Assembly (NCBI GenBank): GCA_036374175.1
Contig: DASUUH010000072.1
Coordinates: 7,709 to 71,708 of the forward strand
DNA: 64,000 bases
Direction: 5' to 3'
Source: Jiangellaceae bacterium
GTDB taxonomy: Bacteria > Actinomycetota > Actinomycetes > Jiangellales > Jiangellaceae
Shown: piece by piece, positions 45,462 to 55,083 of the stretch
Numbering within the stretch: position 1 is the first letter of the stretch
Layout of the letters: each line of letters starts with the position of its first letter
Position numbers and translations under genes: made by a program
The notes under the pieces: generated by a model
Told to the model about the DNA's origin: nothing
Database searches by the model: none
Seen by the model: the letters and a program-made list of their open reading frames with translations, nothing else

Positions 45462-46132
45462 GTCACGAGCGCCCGGTAGAACGCCACCGCGGGGCCGGGT
45501 TCGTCGTCGGCCACCAGCCGCCCGTCGTCGAACACCAGCACCCGGTCGTACTCCGCCACCGACTCCAGATCGTGGGTGATCATCACAACCTGTTGAGGCA
45601 ACTCGTCGATCAGATCGAGGACGCGCCGGGTGTTGGGCAGGTCCAGCAGTGTCGTCGGCTCGTCGCACACGAGGATTCTGGGTTCGGTGACCAGCACGGA
45701 CGTGAGCGCGAGCAGCTGCTTCTGGCCGCCGGACAGCAGATGCGCCGGGTGCTCGGCATGGCCGGACAAGCCGACCCGCTCAAGGGCTTCGGCGACCATC
45801 CACTCGGTCTTGTCCTTGCCGAGCCTGCGCCGGCGGAGGCCGAATGCGACGTCCTCGGCGACGGTCGGCATCACGATCTGCGCGTCGGGATCAGTGAACA
45901 TGAACCCGACCATCCGGCGGACGGCAGCCGCATCCTTGGCCGTGTCGGCACCGTGCACAGTCACGGTGCCCGCGTCCGGCACGACTAGAGCGTTCAGCAG
46001 CCGGGCGAACGTAGACTTGCCCGACCCGTTGGCGCCGATCACGCCGATCCTGCGCTCGGCAAGGGTCACGCTCACCGAGCGCAGCACGACTCGCTCACCG
46101 TAGGAGTGGGTGACGTCGCGGATCTCGATCAA
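45458..46132 (-). CDS. bioM: ECF/ABC transporter ATP-binding protein, BioM-like
   Basis: 224 aa with Walker A GANGSGKST, signature LSGGQKQ and Walker B ILVCDEPT. Confidence 0.85.
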   Translation of the reverse strand: MIEIRDVTHSYGERVVLRSVSVTLAERRIGVIGANGSGKSTFARLLNALVVPDAGTVTVHGADTAKDAAAVRRMVGFMFTDPDAQIVMPTVAEDVAFGLRRRRLGKDKTEWMVAEALERVGLSGHAEHPAHLLSGGQKQLLALTSVLVTEPRILVCDEPTTLLDLPNTRRVLDLIDELPQQVVMITHDLESVAEYDRVLVFDDGRLVADDEPGPAVAFYRALVT

Positions 46133-46785
46133 ACGCTGCTGCTCGCCGGTTCCGGCTCGGTCGCCCGCTGGGGCCGCTGTACCCGCAGGGCGGGATACGC
46201 GCGGTGCACCCCGAGCGCGATGTAGGTCGCCAGACCCGCCTTCAGCAGGTCACCGGGTAAGAACGCGACGGCGCCGGTCAAAAGTGCCTGTTCGGCGCCG
46301 AGGCCCAGGCGCCACGCCAGCCACGGCACGCCGACCAGGTAGACCAGCCCGATGCCGCCGACGACGCAGGCCGTGAAGGCCGTCGAGCCGGTCAGCTGCC
46401 GCCGGGCCAGCAGCCCGATGACGAAGGCGGCCACCGGGAACGCCAAGATGAACCCGCCGGTAGGCCCGGAGATCACGCCGAAACCTCCCGTGGCATTGGC
46501 GAACACCGGCAGGCCGACCGCGCCGAGAGCGACGTAGACCAGCGCGGCCAGGCCACCGCGAACGGCCCCCAGGATCAGACCGGCGAGCATGATGCCCAGC
46601 GTCTGGCCCGTGATCGGGACGGCGTTGCCGAACAGGTGCACCGACGCCTGGGCAAGGGCGGCGATGAGCGCGGCGAACACCGCGATCCGGGCCAGATCTA
46701 CGACGGTCAGTCGCGTAGCTGTGATTCGAGGCATGGCCACAACCGTAGGGCGAGCAGGTGCACCGCTCACTGTGGAGCGCGACAA
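46129..46785 (-). CDS. bioY: biotin transporter BioY (S component)
   Basis: Motifs are VPITGQTLGIMLAG, GLPVFA and GPTGGFILAFP. The start could instead be ATG 46734. Confidence 0.88.
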   Translation of the reverse strand: MSRSTVSGAPARPTVVAMPRITATRLTVVDLARIAVFAALIAALAQASVHLFGNAVPITGQTLGIMLAGLILGAVRGGLAALVYVALGAVGLPVFANATGGFGVISGPTGGFILAFPVAAFVIGLLARRQLTGSTAFTACVVGGIGLVYLVGVPWLAWRLGLGAEQALLTGAVAFLPGDLLKAGLATYIALGVHRAYPALRVQRPQRATEPEPASSSV

Positions 46786-46813
46786 GGTCTGACGGCGGTA
46801 GTTGTCCGCACCC

Positions 46814-47701
46814 CTACAGCTCGGATGCCGAGAAGGTGTCGCACGACTCCAGCCGGCCGGTGTCCAGGCCGGTGAGGAACCACCTCTGCCGCTGTTCGCT
46901 GGATCCGTGCGTCCACGACTCGGGCGTGACCGTCCCTTGGAACCGCTCCTGGATGTAGTCGTCGCCCACCGCGGCCGCGGCGTTCAGGCCCTGTCGGATG
47001 TCTTCGTCGGTCAACTCGAGGATGAGCGGACGACCGTCGTCGGCCGGTGTCGTCGTGGCGTGGTGGGCCCAGGTGCCGGCATAACAGTCGGCCTGCAACT
47101 CCAGCCGGACGGCGTCGGACGTCGGGCCGCTGCCCGGCCGGACCTGTTGCATCTGACCGGTCAGGTTCTGGATGTGGTGGCCGTACTCGTGTGCCAGGAC
47201 ATACGCCTCACCGAAGGCACCGGCTTCAACGCCGAAGCGGTTGCGGAGCTCCGAGAAGAACCCGAGATCCAGGTACACCCCGCGGTCGGCGGGGCAGTAG
47301 AACGGCCCGACCTGCGACGACGCCGCTCCGCACGCGGTGCGTACGCCGCCGGTGAAGAACGTGGTCACGGCCTCCTGGTAGCGCGCGCCGCGGCGGGCGA
47401 ACTCGGCGTCCCAGAAGTCTTGAATGGAGTTCACGTACAGCACGAATCGGCAGTCGGGATTTTCGTCGATGTCCGCGACCACCTGACACTCTTGCTCCAG
47501 GTTGCCGGCATCGCCTTCGGGCACGTTGATCGGTGCATCGGTGGCGAAGAGGCTGGACGGATCGGCGCCCGTGCACAGCGCGAGCACCGCGAGCAAGAGC
47601 ACGCCGATGCCGCCGCCGGCTGCGATCCCGCCGCCTCGGCCGAAGCCGCGCCGGTCCGAGACCTGCGACGGGTCCAGCCGCCCGCTCCGGTTGAGCCTCA
47701 T
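46814..47701 (-). CDS. YpfJ-family neutral zinc metallopeptidase
   Basis: 295 aa with an N-terminal TM helix and the family motifs GPFYCPAD and HEYGHH. The overlapping plus-strand ORF 46802..47740 has off-frame R/G/A/P-rich composition. Confidence 0.85.
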   Translation of the reverse strand: MRLNRSGRLDPSQVSDRRGFGRGGGIAAGGGIGVLLLAVLALCTGADPSSLFATDAPINVPEGDAGNLEQECQVVADIDENPDCRFVLYVNSIQDFWDAEFARRGARYQEAVTTFFTGGVRTACGAASSQVGPFYCPADRGVYLDLGFFSELRNRFGVEAGAFGEAYVLAHEYGHHIQNLTGQMQQVRPGSGPTSDAVRLELQADCYAGTWAHHATTTPADDGRPLILELTDEDIRQGLNAAAAVGDDYIQERFQGTVTPESWTHGSSEQRQRWFLTGLDTGRLESCDTFSASEL

Positions 47702-47818
47702 CGCCGGCTCCTCTCCAATTCCGTAGAATGGCGCTCATGATGTCCGTGGCGAGCTGATCCTGCGTAACGAATCAGAGCCGCAGTCTGCCCAATTCCTGCC
47801 ACGGAGAACGTTCCCGAC

Positions 47819-49417
47819 ATGATCACCGCCACGAAGCTCGAAGTTCGCGCCGGCGCCCAGCTCCTGCTTAGGGACACCAGCTTTCGCATCGCCGCCGGCG
47901 ACAAGATCGGCCTGGTGGGCCGCAACGGCGCCGGCAAGACCACTCTTACCCGGATTCTCGCCGGTGAATTGCCGCCCGCTGCCGGAACTGTCACCCGGAC
48001 CGCGAGCGTGGGGTACCTGCCGCAAGATCCCCGTGCGGCCGCGCCCGACACTACTGCCCGAGACCGGGTCCTCGGGGCCCGCGGGCTGGACGTCATCATC
48101 GCGGGGATGCGGCGGGCCGAGAAGGAGATCGCCTCCGCCGACGCCGACACTCACGAACGGGGCATGCGCCGCTACGGCCGGCTCGAGACCGAGTTCCTGG
48201 CCTACGGCGGTTACGCGGCCGAAAGCGAGGCCGCCACTATCGCTGCCAACCTCGGCCTGGACGAACGAGTCCTGCGCCAGCCGCTCGGGACCCTCTCCGG
48301 TGGCCAGCGGCGGCGGATCGAATTGGGCCGGATTCTGTTCTCCGACGCGCAGACCTTGCTGCTGGACGAACCGACTAACCACCTGGACGCCGATTCGATC
48401 ACCTGGCTCCGCGACTTCCTGCGCTCCTACTCCGGCGGCGTGGTGGTCATCAGCCACGACGTCGCGCTGCTGGAGCGCACCGTGAACAAGGTCCTGCACC
48501 TCGACGCCAACCGGTGCGAGCTGGACATCTACCACCTCGGTTGGAAGGCGTACCTGGAGCAGCGCGAGACCGATGAACGCCGCCGCCGGCGCGAGCGCGC
48601 CAACGCCGAGAAGAAGGCGGCCGCGCTCAAGGCCCAGGCCGACCGGATGCGCTACAAGGCCACCAAGGCGACAGCAGCGCAGAACATGGACCGCCGGGCG
48701 CAGCGGTTGCTGGCTGGCCTCGAGGCGGAGCGGCGCACGGACAAGGTTGCCAAGCTGCGGTTTCCCGACCCTGCGCCGTGTGGCCGGACTCCACTGTCGG
48801 CATCCGGGTTGTCCAAGTCGTACGGTTCGCTGGAAGTGTTCACCGATGTCGACCTGGCGATCGACCGCGGCAGCCGGGTAGTGGTCCTCGGGCTTAACGG
48901 CGCCGGCAAGACGACGCTGCTGCGGCTGCTGGGCGGGGTCGAGCAGGCGGACACCGGAGTCGTCGAAGCCGGCCACGGGCTGCGGCTGGGTTACTACGCA
49001 CAGGAGCACGAAACCCTGGATTCGGACCGTACCGTTCTGGAGAACCTCCGGTCCGCCGCACCGGATCTCGACGATCTCGAAGCCCGCCGGATTCTGGGAT
49101 CGTTCTTGTTTTCCGGCGACGCCGTGGATAAGCCCGCGCGGGTGTTGTCCGGCGGGGAGAAGACCCGGCTGGCGCTGGCCATTCTGGTCGTGTCGAAGGC
49201 CAATGTTCTGCTGTTGGACGAGCCGACGAATAACCTTGACCCAGCTTCACGCGAAGAGATCCTTGCCGCGTTAAGATCTTTCACAGGTGCGATTGTGCTG
49301 GTAACGCACGACGAAGGGGCTGTGAGCGCGCTCGGGCCCGAGCGGGTGTTGCTGCTTCCGGATGGCGTGGAGGATCTATGGAACTCCGACTACGCCGAGT
49401 TGGTCGCTCTGGCATGA
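47819..49417 (+). CDS. ABC-F family ATPase
   Basis: 532 aa with Walker A twice (GRNGAGKTT, GLNGAGKTT), signatures LSGGQRRR and LSGGEKTR, and a basic coiled linker. No membrane domain. Confidence 0.9.
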   Translation: MITATKLEVRAGAQLLLRDTSFRIAAGDKIGLVGRNGAGKTTLTRILAGELPPAAGTVTRTASVGYLPQDPRAAAPDTTARDRVLGARGLDVIIAGMRRAEKEIASADADTHERGMRRYGRLETEFLAYGGYAAESEAATIAANLGLDERVLRQPLGTLSGGQRRRIELGRILFSDAQTLLLDEPTNHLDADSITWLRDFLRSYSGGVVVISHDVALLERTVNKVLHLDANRCELDIYHLGWKAYLEQRETDERRRRRERANAEKKAAALKAQADRMRYKATKATAAQNMDRRAQRLLAGLEAERRTDKVAKLRFPDPAPCGRTPLSASGLSKSYGSLEVFTDVDLAIDRGSRVVVLGLNGAGKTTLLRLLGGVEQADTGVVEAGHGLRLGYYAQEHETLDSDRTVLENLRSAAPDLDDLEARRILGSFLFSGDAVDKPARVLSGGEKTRLALAILVVSKANVLLLDEPTNNLDPASREEILAALRSFTGAIVLVTHDEGAVSALGPERVLLLPDGVEDLWNSDYAELVALA

Positions 49418-49520
49418 TCGTGCACATGGTGGACCTGATCTTGCGTTTTGGTGGCGAACACCGATAATGCGGCGGATCATGGTCCCGTAGCTCCATGCAT
49501 ATCAACCAAGGGGAGGACGC

Positions 49521-49736
49521 GTGGCCGAGAAACTAGCGAAAGGCGCGCGGATCAGCGGCGGGCAGCGAGACAAGCTGGCCACCGATCTGAAGAAGAAGTA
49601 CGAAGGCGGCAAGAGCATCCGCGATCTTGCCGGAGAAACCGGGCGGTCGTACGGGTTCGTGCACCGGCTCCTGTCGGAGTCCGGCGTGAACCTGCGTGGC
49701 CGTGGCGGCGCAACACGGGGCAAGAAGAAGTCCTGA
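49521..49736 (+). CDS. small helix-turn-helix DNA-binding protein
   Basis: 71 aa. GTG follows AAGGGGAGG. The HTH segment is GKSIRDLAGETGRSYGFVHRLLSESG, with a basic tail. Its position between the ABC-F gene and echA is the same as in mycobacteria. Confidence 0.75.
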   Translation: MAEKLAKGARISGGQRDKLATDLKKKYEGGKSIRDLAGETGRSYGFVHRLLSESGVNLRGRGGATRGKKKS

Positions 49737-49765
49737 ACCACGGCATAACGGCTGAGGGCTCGAGT

Positions 49766-50527
49766 ATGGGTGGACTCGAACTCTCAGTCGAACCGCCACT
49801 TGCCCGGGTGACACTCGCCCGGCCTGAGGCGCGTAACGCGCAGACTCCCGCCACCTGGCGGGATCTGGCCACCATCGGGCGTACGTTGCCCGACGACGTT
49901 CGTGTCGTGGTGCTCGACGCCCTCGGTCCGTCGTTCTCGGCGGGGCTCGACCGCAGAATGCTGGACGGCACCGGCATTCCGGGCGAGCGAAGTGTGGCCG
50001 AGCTCGCCACCCTGGACGCCGCAGAGGCGGAGTCGGTGATCGCCGAGTATCAGGCGGCGTTCACCTGGTGGCGGGCGTCGCCGGCCGTTACAGTCGCTGC
50101 CGTTCAGGGTCACGCGGTCGGCGCGGGTTTTCAGCTGGCGTTGGCCTGCGACCTGGTCGTCTGTGCCGAGGACGCCCGATTCGCCATGCGCGAGACGTCG
50201 CTGGGGTTGGTACCCGATCTCGGTGGCACAGCACCGCTCGTGGCAGCCGTCGGGTACCCGCGGGGACTCGAGATCTGTGCCACTGGGCGCTGGGTAGGCG
50301 CGCGCGAAGCCGTCGACCTCGGACTGGCGTTGGCGGCCGTGCCTTCGGACGAGCTCCGGAATGCCGTCGACGATCTGGTGGCCGCGTTGCTCGCCGCTCC
50401 GGCTGGCGCGTTGCGCGAGACCAAGGCGCTACTTCGCAGTGCGGTCGCCAACACGGCGGAGCAGCAGTTGGCCGCCGAGCGGGCCGCACAGGTTCGGCGC
50501 ATCCGCGAGATCGCGGGCCGCGCCTAG
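49766..50527 (+). CDS. enoyl-CoA hydratase/isomerase family protein
   Basis: ATG 49766. Crotonase-fold motifs are GPSFSAGLD and AAVQGHAVGAGFQLALACDL. The track start 49448 runs through the HTH gene in another frame. Confidence 0.85.
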   Translation: MGGLELSVEPPLARVTLARPEARNAQTPATWRDLATIGRTLPDDVRVVVLDALGPSFSAGLDRRMLDGTGIPGERSVAELATLDAAEAESVIAEYQAAFTWWRASPAVTVAAVQGHAVGAGFQLALACDLVVCAEDARFAMRETSLGLVPDLGGTAPLVAAVGYPRGLEICATGRWVGAREAVDLGLALAAVPSDELRNAVDDLVAALLAAPAGALRETKALLRSAVANTAEQQLAAERAAQVRRIREIAGRA

Positions 50528-50609
50528 GTTGTTCACCCTCAGCGCACCGGGGAAGATTCCCCCTCCGCCGAACGTTCGGCCGGTCAGCACGCAAGGAGGA
50601 TGAGCACCA

Positions 50610-52511
50610 GTGTCGATGGGCGGGCCGATGTCGGCTTGGGGAATGGTCCGGTCGTACTCGCGCGACCGCGACGTTGCGCGCAAGCCGCTCGCCAAGGGCA
50701 CGGCGCGGCGAATCATGCGCTACGCCCGCCCCTACACCCGGCAGATCGCGGTGTTCCTGGGCACCACCGTGGCCGGTGCGGCCAGTGCGGCGGCCGTACC
50801 GCTGCTGCTCAAGTTCGTCATCGACAGCGGCGTTGCGCCCGGCCGTCGCGATCTCGTGGTGTGGGGCGCTGTCGCAGTGGCCCTGCTCGCCGTGCTGGAC
50901 GCCGGGCTCGGCCTCGTCGGCCGGTGGGCGTCGGCGCGGGTCGGCGAGGGCCTGATCTACGATCTGCGGACTCAGGTGTTCGACCACGTCCAGCGCCAAC
51001 CGATCGCCTTTTTCACCCGCACCCAGACCGGCTCGCTGGTCACCCGGCTCAACAGTGACGTGATCGGGGCGCAGCGAGCGATCACCACCACCTTGTCGCA
51101 GGTGGTCAGCAACGCCGTCACGCTCGTGCTGGCCCTCGCGGCCATGCTGCTGCTGTCCTGGCAGATCACCGTGCTGCTGTTGGCGCTCATGCCGCTGTTC
51201 ATCGTCCCGGCCCGCATCGTCGGTCGCAAGCTCGCGGAGATCTCCCGCGACGCCATGCAACTGGACGCCACGATGGGGCAGACCATGACCGAGCGGTTCA
51301 ACGTCGCCGGCGCGCTGCTGGTGAAGATCTTCGGCCGGTACCACGACGAGAACGCGACGTTCAGCGACGCGGCCGGGCGAGTTCGCGACATCGGTGTGGT
51401 GCAAGCGCTGTACGCCCGCTACTTCTTCACGGGGCTGACCCTGCTGGCGTCCCTGGCGACCGCGCTCGTGTACGGCATGGGCGGCTGGCTCGCCATCGAC
51501 GGCGCGATCCAGGTCGGCACACTCGTGGCACTCGCCGCGCTGCTGACCCGCCTGTACGGGCCGATGACCGCGCTGTCGAACGTGCAGGTCGACGTCATGA
51601 CCGCGCTGGTCAGCTTCGAGCGGGTGTTCGAGGTGCTCGACCTCGAGCCGATGGTGCGCGACGCACCTGATGCCCGGCCGCTGCCGGACGACGCCGCGTC
51701 CATCGAGTTCGACCATGTGTCGTTCCGCTACCCGGGCCCGGACGAGGTGTCGCTGGCGTCGCTGGAATCCACGGCGCGGCCCTCGGAGAGTGGCGCCGGC
51801 GAGGAGGTGCTGCGCGAGGTCTCGTTCCGGGTCGAGCCGGGGGAGATGGTCGCGCTGGTGGGTCCGTCCGGAGCCGGCAAGTCCACGATCACACACCTGG
51901 TGTCGCGGCTCTACGATCCCACCGAGGGAGTCGTCCGGGTCGGTGGCCAGGACCTCCGTACCGTCACGCTGGAGTCGTTGCACGATGCCATCGGTGTCGT
52001 CACCCAGGACGCTCACCTGTTCCACGACACGATCCAGGCCAACCTGATCTATGCCCGGCCGGGCGCCAGCGATCAGGATCTCGAGCAGGCGCTGCGGGCC
52101 GCGCAGATTTGGGACCTGGTCTCGTCGCTGCCGGACGCGCTCGACACCGTGGTGGGTGACCGCGGCTACCGGCTTTCCGGTGGCGAGAAGCAGCGGCTGG
52201 CCATTGCGCGGGTGCTGCTGAAGGCACCGCGGATCGTGGTCTTGGACGAGGCCACCGCACATTTGGATTCGGAGTCCGAGGTGGCTGTCCAGCAGGCGCT
52301 CGACACCGCACTGGCCGGACGCACGTCCCTGGTGATAGCCCACCGGTTGTCGACCATCCGGCATGCGGACCGGATCCTCGTTGTGGACAGCGGCGGCATC
52401 GTCGAAAGCGGCACGCACACTGAACTGCTCGCCGCGGGCGGCCTATACGCCGAGTTGTACGCCACCCAGTTCGCCACCCAAGCTCCGGTCGATCACGTTC
52501 AGCATGCCTAG
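50610..52511 (+). CDS. ABC exporter, fused permease/ATPase (MsbA-like)
   Basis: 633 aa with a six-TM N-domain. The ATPase has Walker A GPSGAGKST, signature LSGGEKQR and Walker B VVLDEATAHLD. Confidence 0.9.
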   Translation: MSMGGPMSAWGMVRSYSRDRDVARKPLAKGTARRIMRYARPYTRQIAVFLGTTVAGAASAAAVPLLLKFVIDSGVAPGRRDLVVWGAVAVALLAVLDAGLGLVGRWASARVGEGLIYDLRTQVFDHVQRQPIAFFTRTQTGSLVTRLNSDVIGAQRAITTTLSQVVSNAVTLVLALAAMLLLSWQITVLLLALMPLFIVPARIVGRKLAEISRDAMQLDATMGQTMTERFNVAGALLVKIFGRYHDENATFSDAAGRVRDIGVVQALYARYFFTGLTLLASLATALVYGMGGWLAIDGAIQVGTLVALAALLTRLYGPMTALSNVQVDVMTALVSFERVFEVLDLEPMVRDAPDARPLPDDAASIEFDHVSFRYPGPDEVSLASLESTARPSESGAGEEVLREVSFRVEPGEMVALVGPSGAGKSTITHLVSRLYDPTEGVVRVGGQDLRTVTLESLHDAIGVVTQDAHLFHDTIQANLIYARPGASDQDLEQALRAAQIWDLVSSLPDALDTVVGDRGYRLSGGEKQRLAIARVLLKAPRIVVLDEATAHLDSESEVAVQQALDTALAGRTSLVIAHRLSTIRHADRILVVDSGGIVESGTHTELLAAGGLYAELYATQFATQAPVDHVQHA

Positions 52512-52592
52512 CCCTCCCGTACCATGCGCACGCGCCTGGTGAAGTGCCGACGGCCCTGGTGCGGCACCCTTAGGCATGCTGAACGTGATCGA
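52489..52592. repeat. perfect 22-bp inverted repeat with 60-nt spacer spanning the ABC exporter stop codon
   Basis: The left arm is TCGATCACGTTCAGCATGCCTA (52489-52510). The right arm is its exact reverse complement TAGGCATGCTGAACGTGATCGA (52571-52592). The spacer holds a smaller hairpin, GTGCCG(52544-49)/CGGCAC(52562-67). It lies between convergent genes. Confidence 0.9.
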
Positions 52593-52603
52593 ACCGCCGA
52601 GTT

Positions 52604-53389
52604 CTACTTGGGGTGGCCAGCCGTCGTCGCGCCGACGGGGCCGTCGTTCGTGGGTGAGCTCGCCTCTTCGCGGCGGACCCTGGCCTCGGCCCGGATAAGC
52701 AGGACGAACCCGCCAATACCGATCACCGTGAACGCGAACCACTGGATCGCGTAGGACAAGTGCGGGCCGGCCTCGATCTCGGGCGGCGGGACGAGGGCAA
52801 GCGAATCGTCCGCCGGCGGGTCCTGCTCGACAAGCTCCAGCCAGCCGCCGTACAGCGGCCGGTCGACAGCAGGCGCCAGCACCTCCAGGTCGACGTACCG
52901 GATCATGCCGGTCGACGGGTCACCGGTGCGGCTGCCGCCGTCCTCACTGGCCCGCACCCGGGCGATCACCTCGACGTCACCGGGCGGTGGTGCCGGCACA
53001 TCGGGTACGTCCACCCCCGAGGTCGCCACGAAGCCTCGATCGACCAACACAGCGACGCCAGAACTGGTGACCAGCGGAGTGAGAACATGCACGCCGGCCT
53101 GCCCGCCCTGCGGTCGCAGGCGGAGCACCAGCTGATTGTCACCGTCGTAGCGACCCGTCGCCTGTATGGTCCGCCACTGGTCGCCGGCGTCGACCGGTCT
53201 CCCGGCGGCCAGCACGTCGTCAATCGGCGCAGGAGGGCGGTTGAGGCCCGCCTCGACAGCGGCGTTGCGGGCCTGGCGTTGCTCGTTGCGGTCCAGCTGC
53301 CAGAGCCCGAGCAGCACGAACGCGGTCGCCAGAACGAGGCCCGCGATGATTCGCACGACCCATTGGCGCGACGCCAGGAAATCAAGCAC
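52604..53389 (-). CDS. SURF1-family cytochrome oxidase assembly protein
   Basis: 261 aa with N- and C-terminal TM helices. Motifs are LGLWQLDR and SYAIQWFAF. Confidence 0.85.
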   Translation of the reverse strand: MLDFLASRQWVVRIIAGLVLATAFVLLGLWQLDRNEQRQARNAAVEAGLNRPPAPIDDVLAAGRPVDAGDQWRTIQATGRYDGDNQLVLRLRPQGGQAGVHVLTPLVTSSGVAVLVDRGFVATSGVDVPDVPAPPPGDVEVIARVRASEDGGSRTGDPSTGMIRYVDLEVLAPAVDRPLYGGWLELVEQDPPADDSLALVPPPEIEAGPHLSYAIQWFAFTVIGIGGFVLLIRAEARVRREEASSPTNDGPVGATTAGHPK

Positions 53390-53439
53390 ACCCTGACCGT
53401 AGCCCGCCGATGTGGGTGCGGGCGCCTAGGGTTGTAGTC

Positions 53440-54429
53440 ATGCTCATCGACCGGTATGGCCGCACGGCCACGGACCTGCGGGTGTCGCTGACCGACAGAT
53501 GCAACCTGCGTTGCCAGTACTGCATGCCCGCCGAGGGCCTTGACTGGCTGCCCAAACCCGAGGTGCTGACCGCCGCCGAGATCGTCCGGCTGGTGCGGGT
53601 GGCCGTCGAACGGCTGGGCGTCCGCGACGTACGGTTCACCGGGGGAGAGCCGCTGGTCCGGCCAGAGCTGGTCGAGATCGTGGCCGAATGCGCCCGGCTC
53701 GAGCCGCGCCCGAAACTGTCACTGACCACCAACGGCATCGGCTTAACGCGGATCGTCCACGCGCTGGCCGACGCCGGGCTGGACCGGGTGAACGTCTCGC
53801 TCGACACCCTCGACCCGAACCGGTTCGAAGCCATTACCAGACGCCGCCGGCTGCCCGACGTGTTGGCCGGCCTGGCCGCGGCCGCTTCTGCCGGATTGCG
53901 CCCGGTCAAGGTCAATGCGGTACTGCTCCGGGGCATCAACGACGACGAAGCGCCCGCCCTGCTGCGCTGGGCCATCGGCGAGGATTACCAGTTGCGGTTC
54001 ATCGAGCAGATGCCGCTCGATGCCCAGCACGCCTGGAACCGCGACCGCATGGTCACCGCGGAAGAGATCCTGGCCGCGCTGCAGGCAGAGTTCGACCTGT
54101 CGCCCACCGGCCGGCGTGAGAGGGGCAGCGCACCGGCCGAGACCTGGTCCGTCAACGGCGGGCCTGCGACGGTCGGCGTCATCGGCACCGTGACCCGGCC
54201 GTTCTGTGCCGCGTGTGACCGCACCAGGCTCACTGCCGACGGCCAGGTTCGCACGTGCCTGTTCGCCACGACCGAGTCCGACCTGCGCACTCCGCTGCGC
54301 GCCGGCGCGGACGACGCCGAACTGGCCCGGCTGTGGCGGGTGGCGATGGCCGGCAAGCTACCCGGGCACGGCATCAACGACCCAGGATTCCTGCAGCCGA
54401 CGCGGCCGATGTCGGCGATCGGCGGGTAG
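53440..54429 (+). CDS. moaA: GTP 3',8-cyclase (molybdenum cofactor biosynthesis protein A)
   Basis: ATG 53440 gives MLIDRYGRTATDLRVSLTDRCNLRCQYC, carrying the radical SAM cluster. The C-terminal second cluster reads CAACDRTRLTADG. Track GTG 53410 is an alternative start. Confidence 0.93.
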   Translation: MLIDRYGRTATDLRVSLTDRCNLRCQYCMPAEGLDWLPKPEVLTAAEIVRLVRVAVERLGVRDVRFTGGEPLVRPELVEIVAECARLEPRPKLSLTTNGIGLTRIVHALADAGLDRVNVSLDTLDPNRFEAITRRRRLPDVLAGLAAAASAGLRPVKVNAVLLRGINDDEAPALLRWAIGEDYQLRFIEQMPLDAQHAWNRDRMVTAEEILAALQAEFDLSPTGRRERGSAPAETWSVNGGPATVGVIGTVTRPFCAACDRTRLTADGQVRTCLFATTESDLRTPLRAGADDAELARLWRVAMAGKLPGHGINDPGFLQPTRPMSAIGG

Positions 54430-54572
54430 TCACTCAAGACGCGAAGACGGCGCCAGGCAACCACGGGGGAAGCTGCCCGGCGCCGCCGATCACAACGCGC
54501 ACCGACGGGGGAAGTCCGGAACGCGTGCGGATCGGAGTATGACACGGATTTCCGCCTGCCGGAAGAGCTTGA

Positions 54573-54872
54573 TCACTTCAGGTCGCCGGCGCTCGACGGG
54601 CGCGCCTCGATGGCCCGTTGTTCCATAGGTGGCACAGGCGTAAGGGCGCCGGGTGCCGGCCGGCCCACGGCGTTGGCCACCACGACCGCCAAGTAGGGCA
54701 GCACGACCGCGCCGATGATGAACACCCAGCGCACCCAACCCTCGACGAGAAGCGCGAACGGCACACACACAATGCGGATGCCCATCATCCACAAGTAGCG
54801 GCGCTGGCGTGCGCTGAGGTCGTCGCTCCGCCCGGGACGGGCGGTGGTGACCGACTGCACGTTCGTTCTCAA
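54573..54872 (-). CDS. DUF3099 domain-containing membrane protein
   Basis: 99 aa. The segment SARQRRYLWMMGIRIVCVPFALL is followed by a second TM helix, typical of DUF3099. Confidence 0.75.
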   Translation of the reverse strand: MRTNVQSVTTARPGRSDDLSARQRRYLWMMGIRIVCVPFALLVEGWVRWVFIIGAVVLPYLAVVVANAVGRPAPGALTPVPPMEQRAIEARPSSAGDLK

Positions 54873-55083
54873 CGGATCTCCTGCCTGATGTCCGCGTCTA
54901 CCCCGTCAGCGGTGACCCGAACCCGCGTTCACCTTCCACGGTAGGCCGCGGCGCCTGACCTGACCAGATGAGGTCCGCCCGACGGCGTAGTACGCGGACG
55001 CACGGGTTCAAGTGCCAGCGCGCCCGCGAAGCAGGGCCTGGTACGGAATCATGGCAGTCATTGTGACGTCATAAGGAGGTTCC

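Noticed and set aside
46802-47740. 312-aa plus-strand ORF
   Set aside because: The opposite strand encodes a YpfJ-type peptidase with HEYGHH. The plus-frame product is R/G/A/P-rich with no recognisable motif.
50088-52418. 776-aa minus-strand ORF
   Set aside because: It is antisense to echA and the ABC exporter, which carry clear Walker and signature motifs. Its composition is off-frame, rich in R, P, G and H.
53390-53439. Moco riboswitch upstream of moaA
   Set aside because: The gap to the divergent SURF1 gene is only 20-50 nt, which is far too short for the motif.
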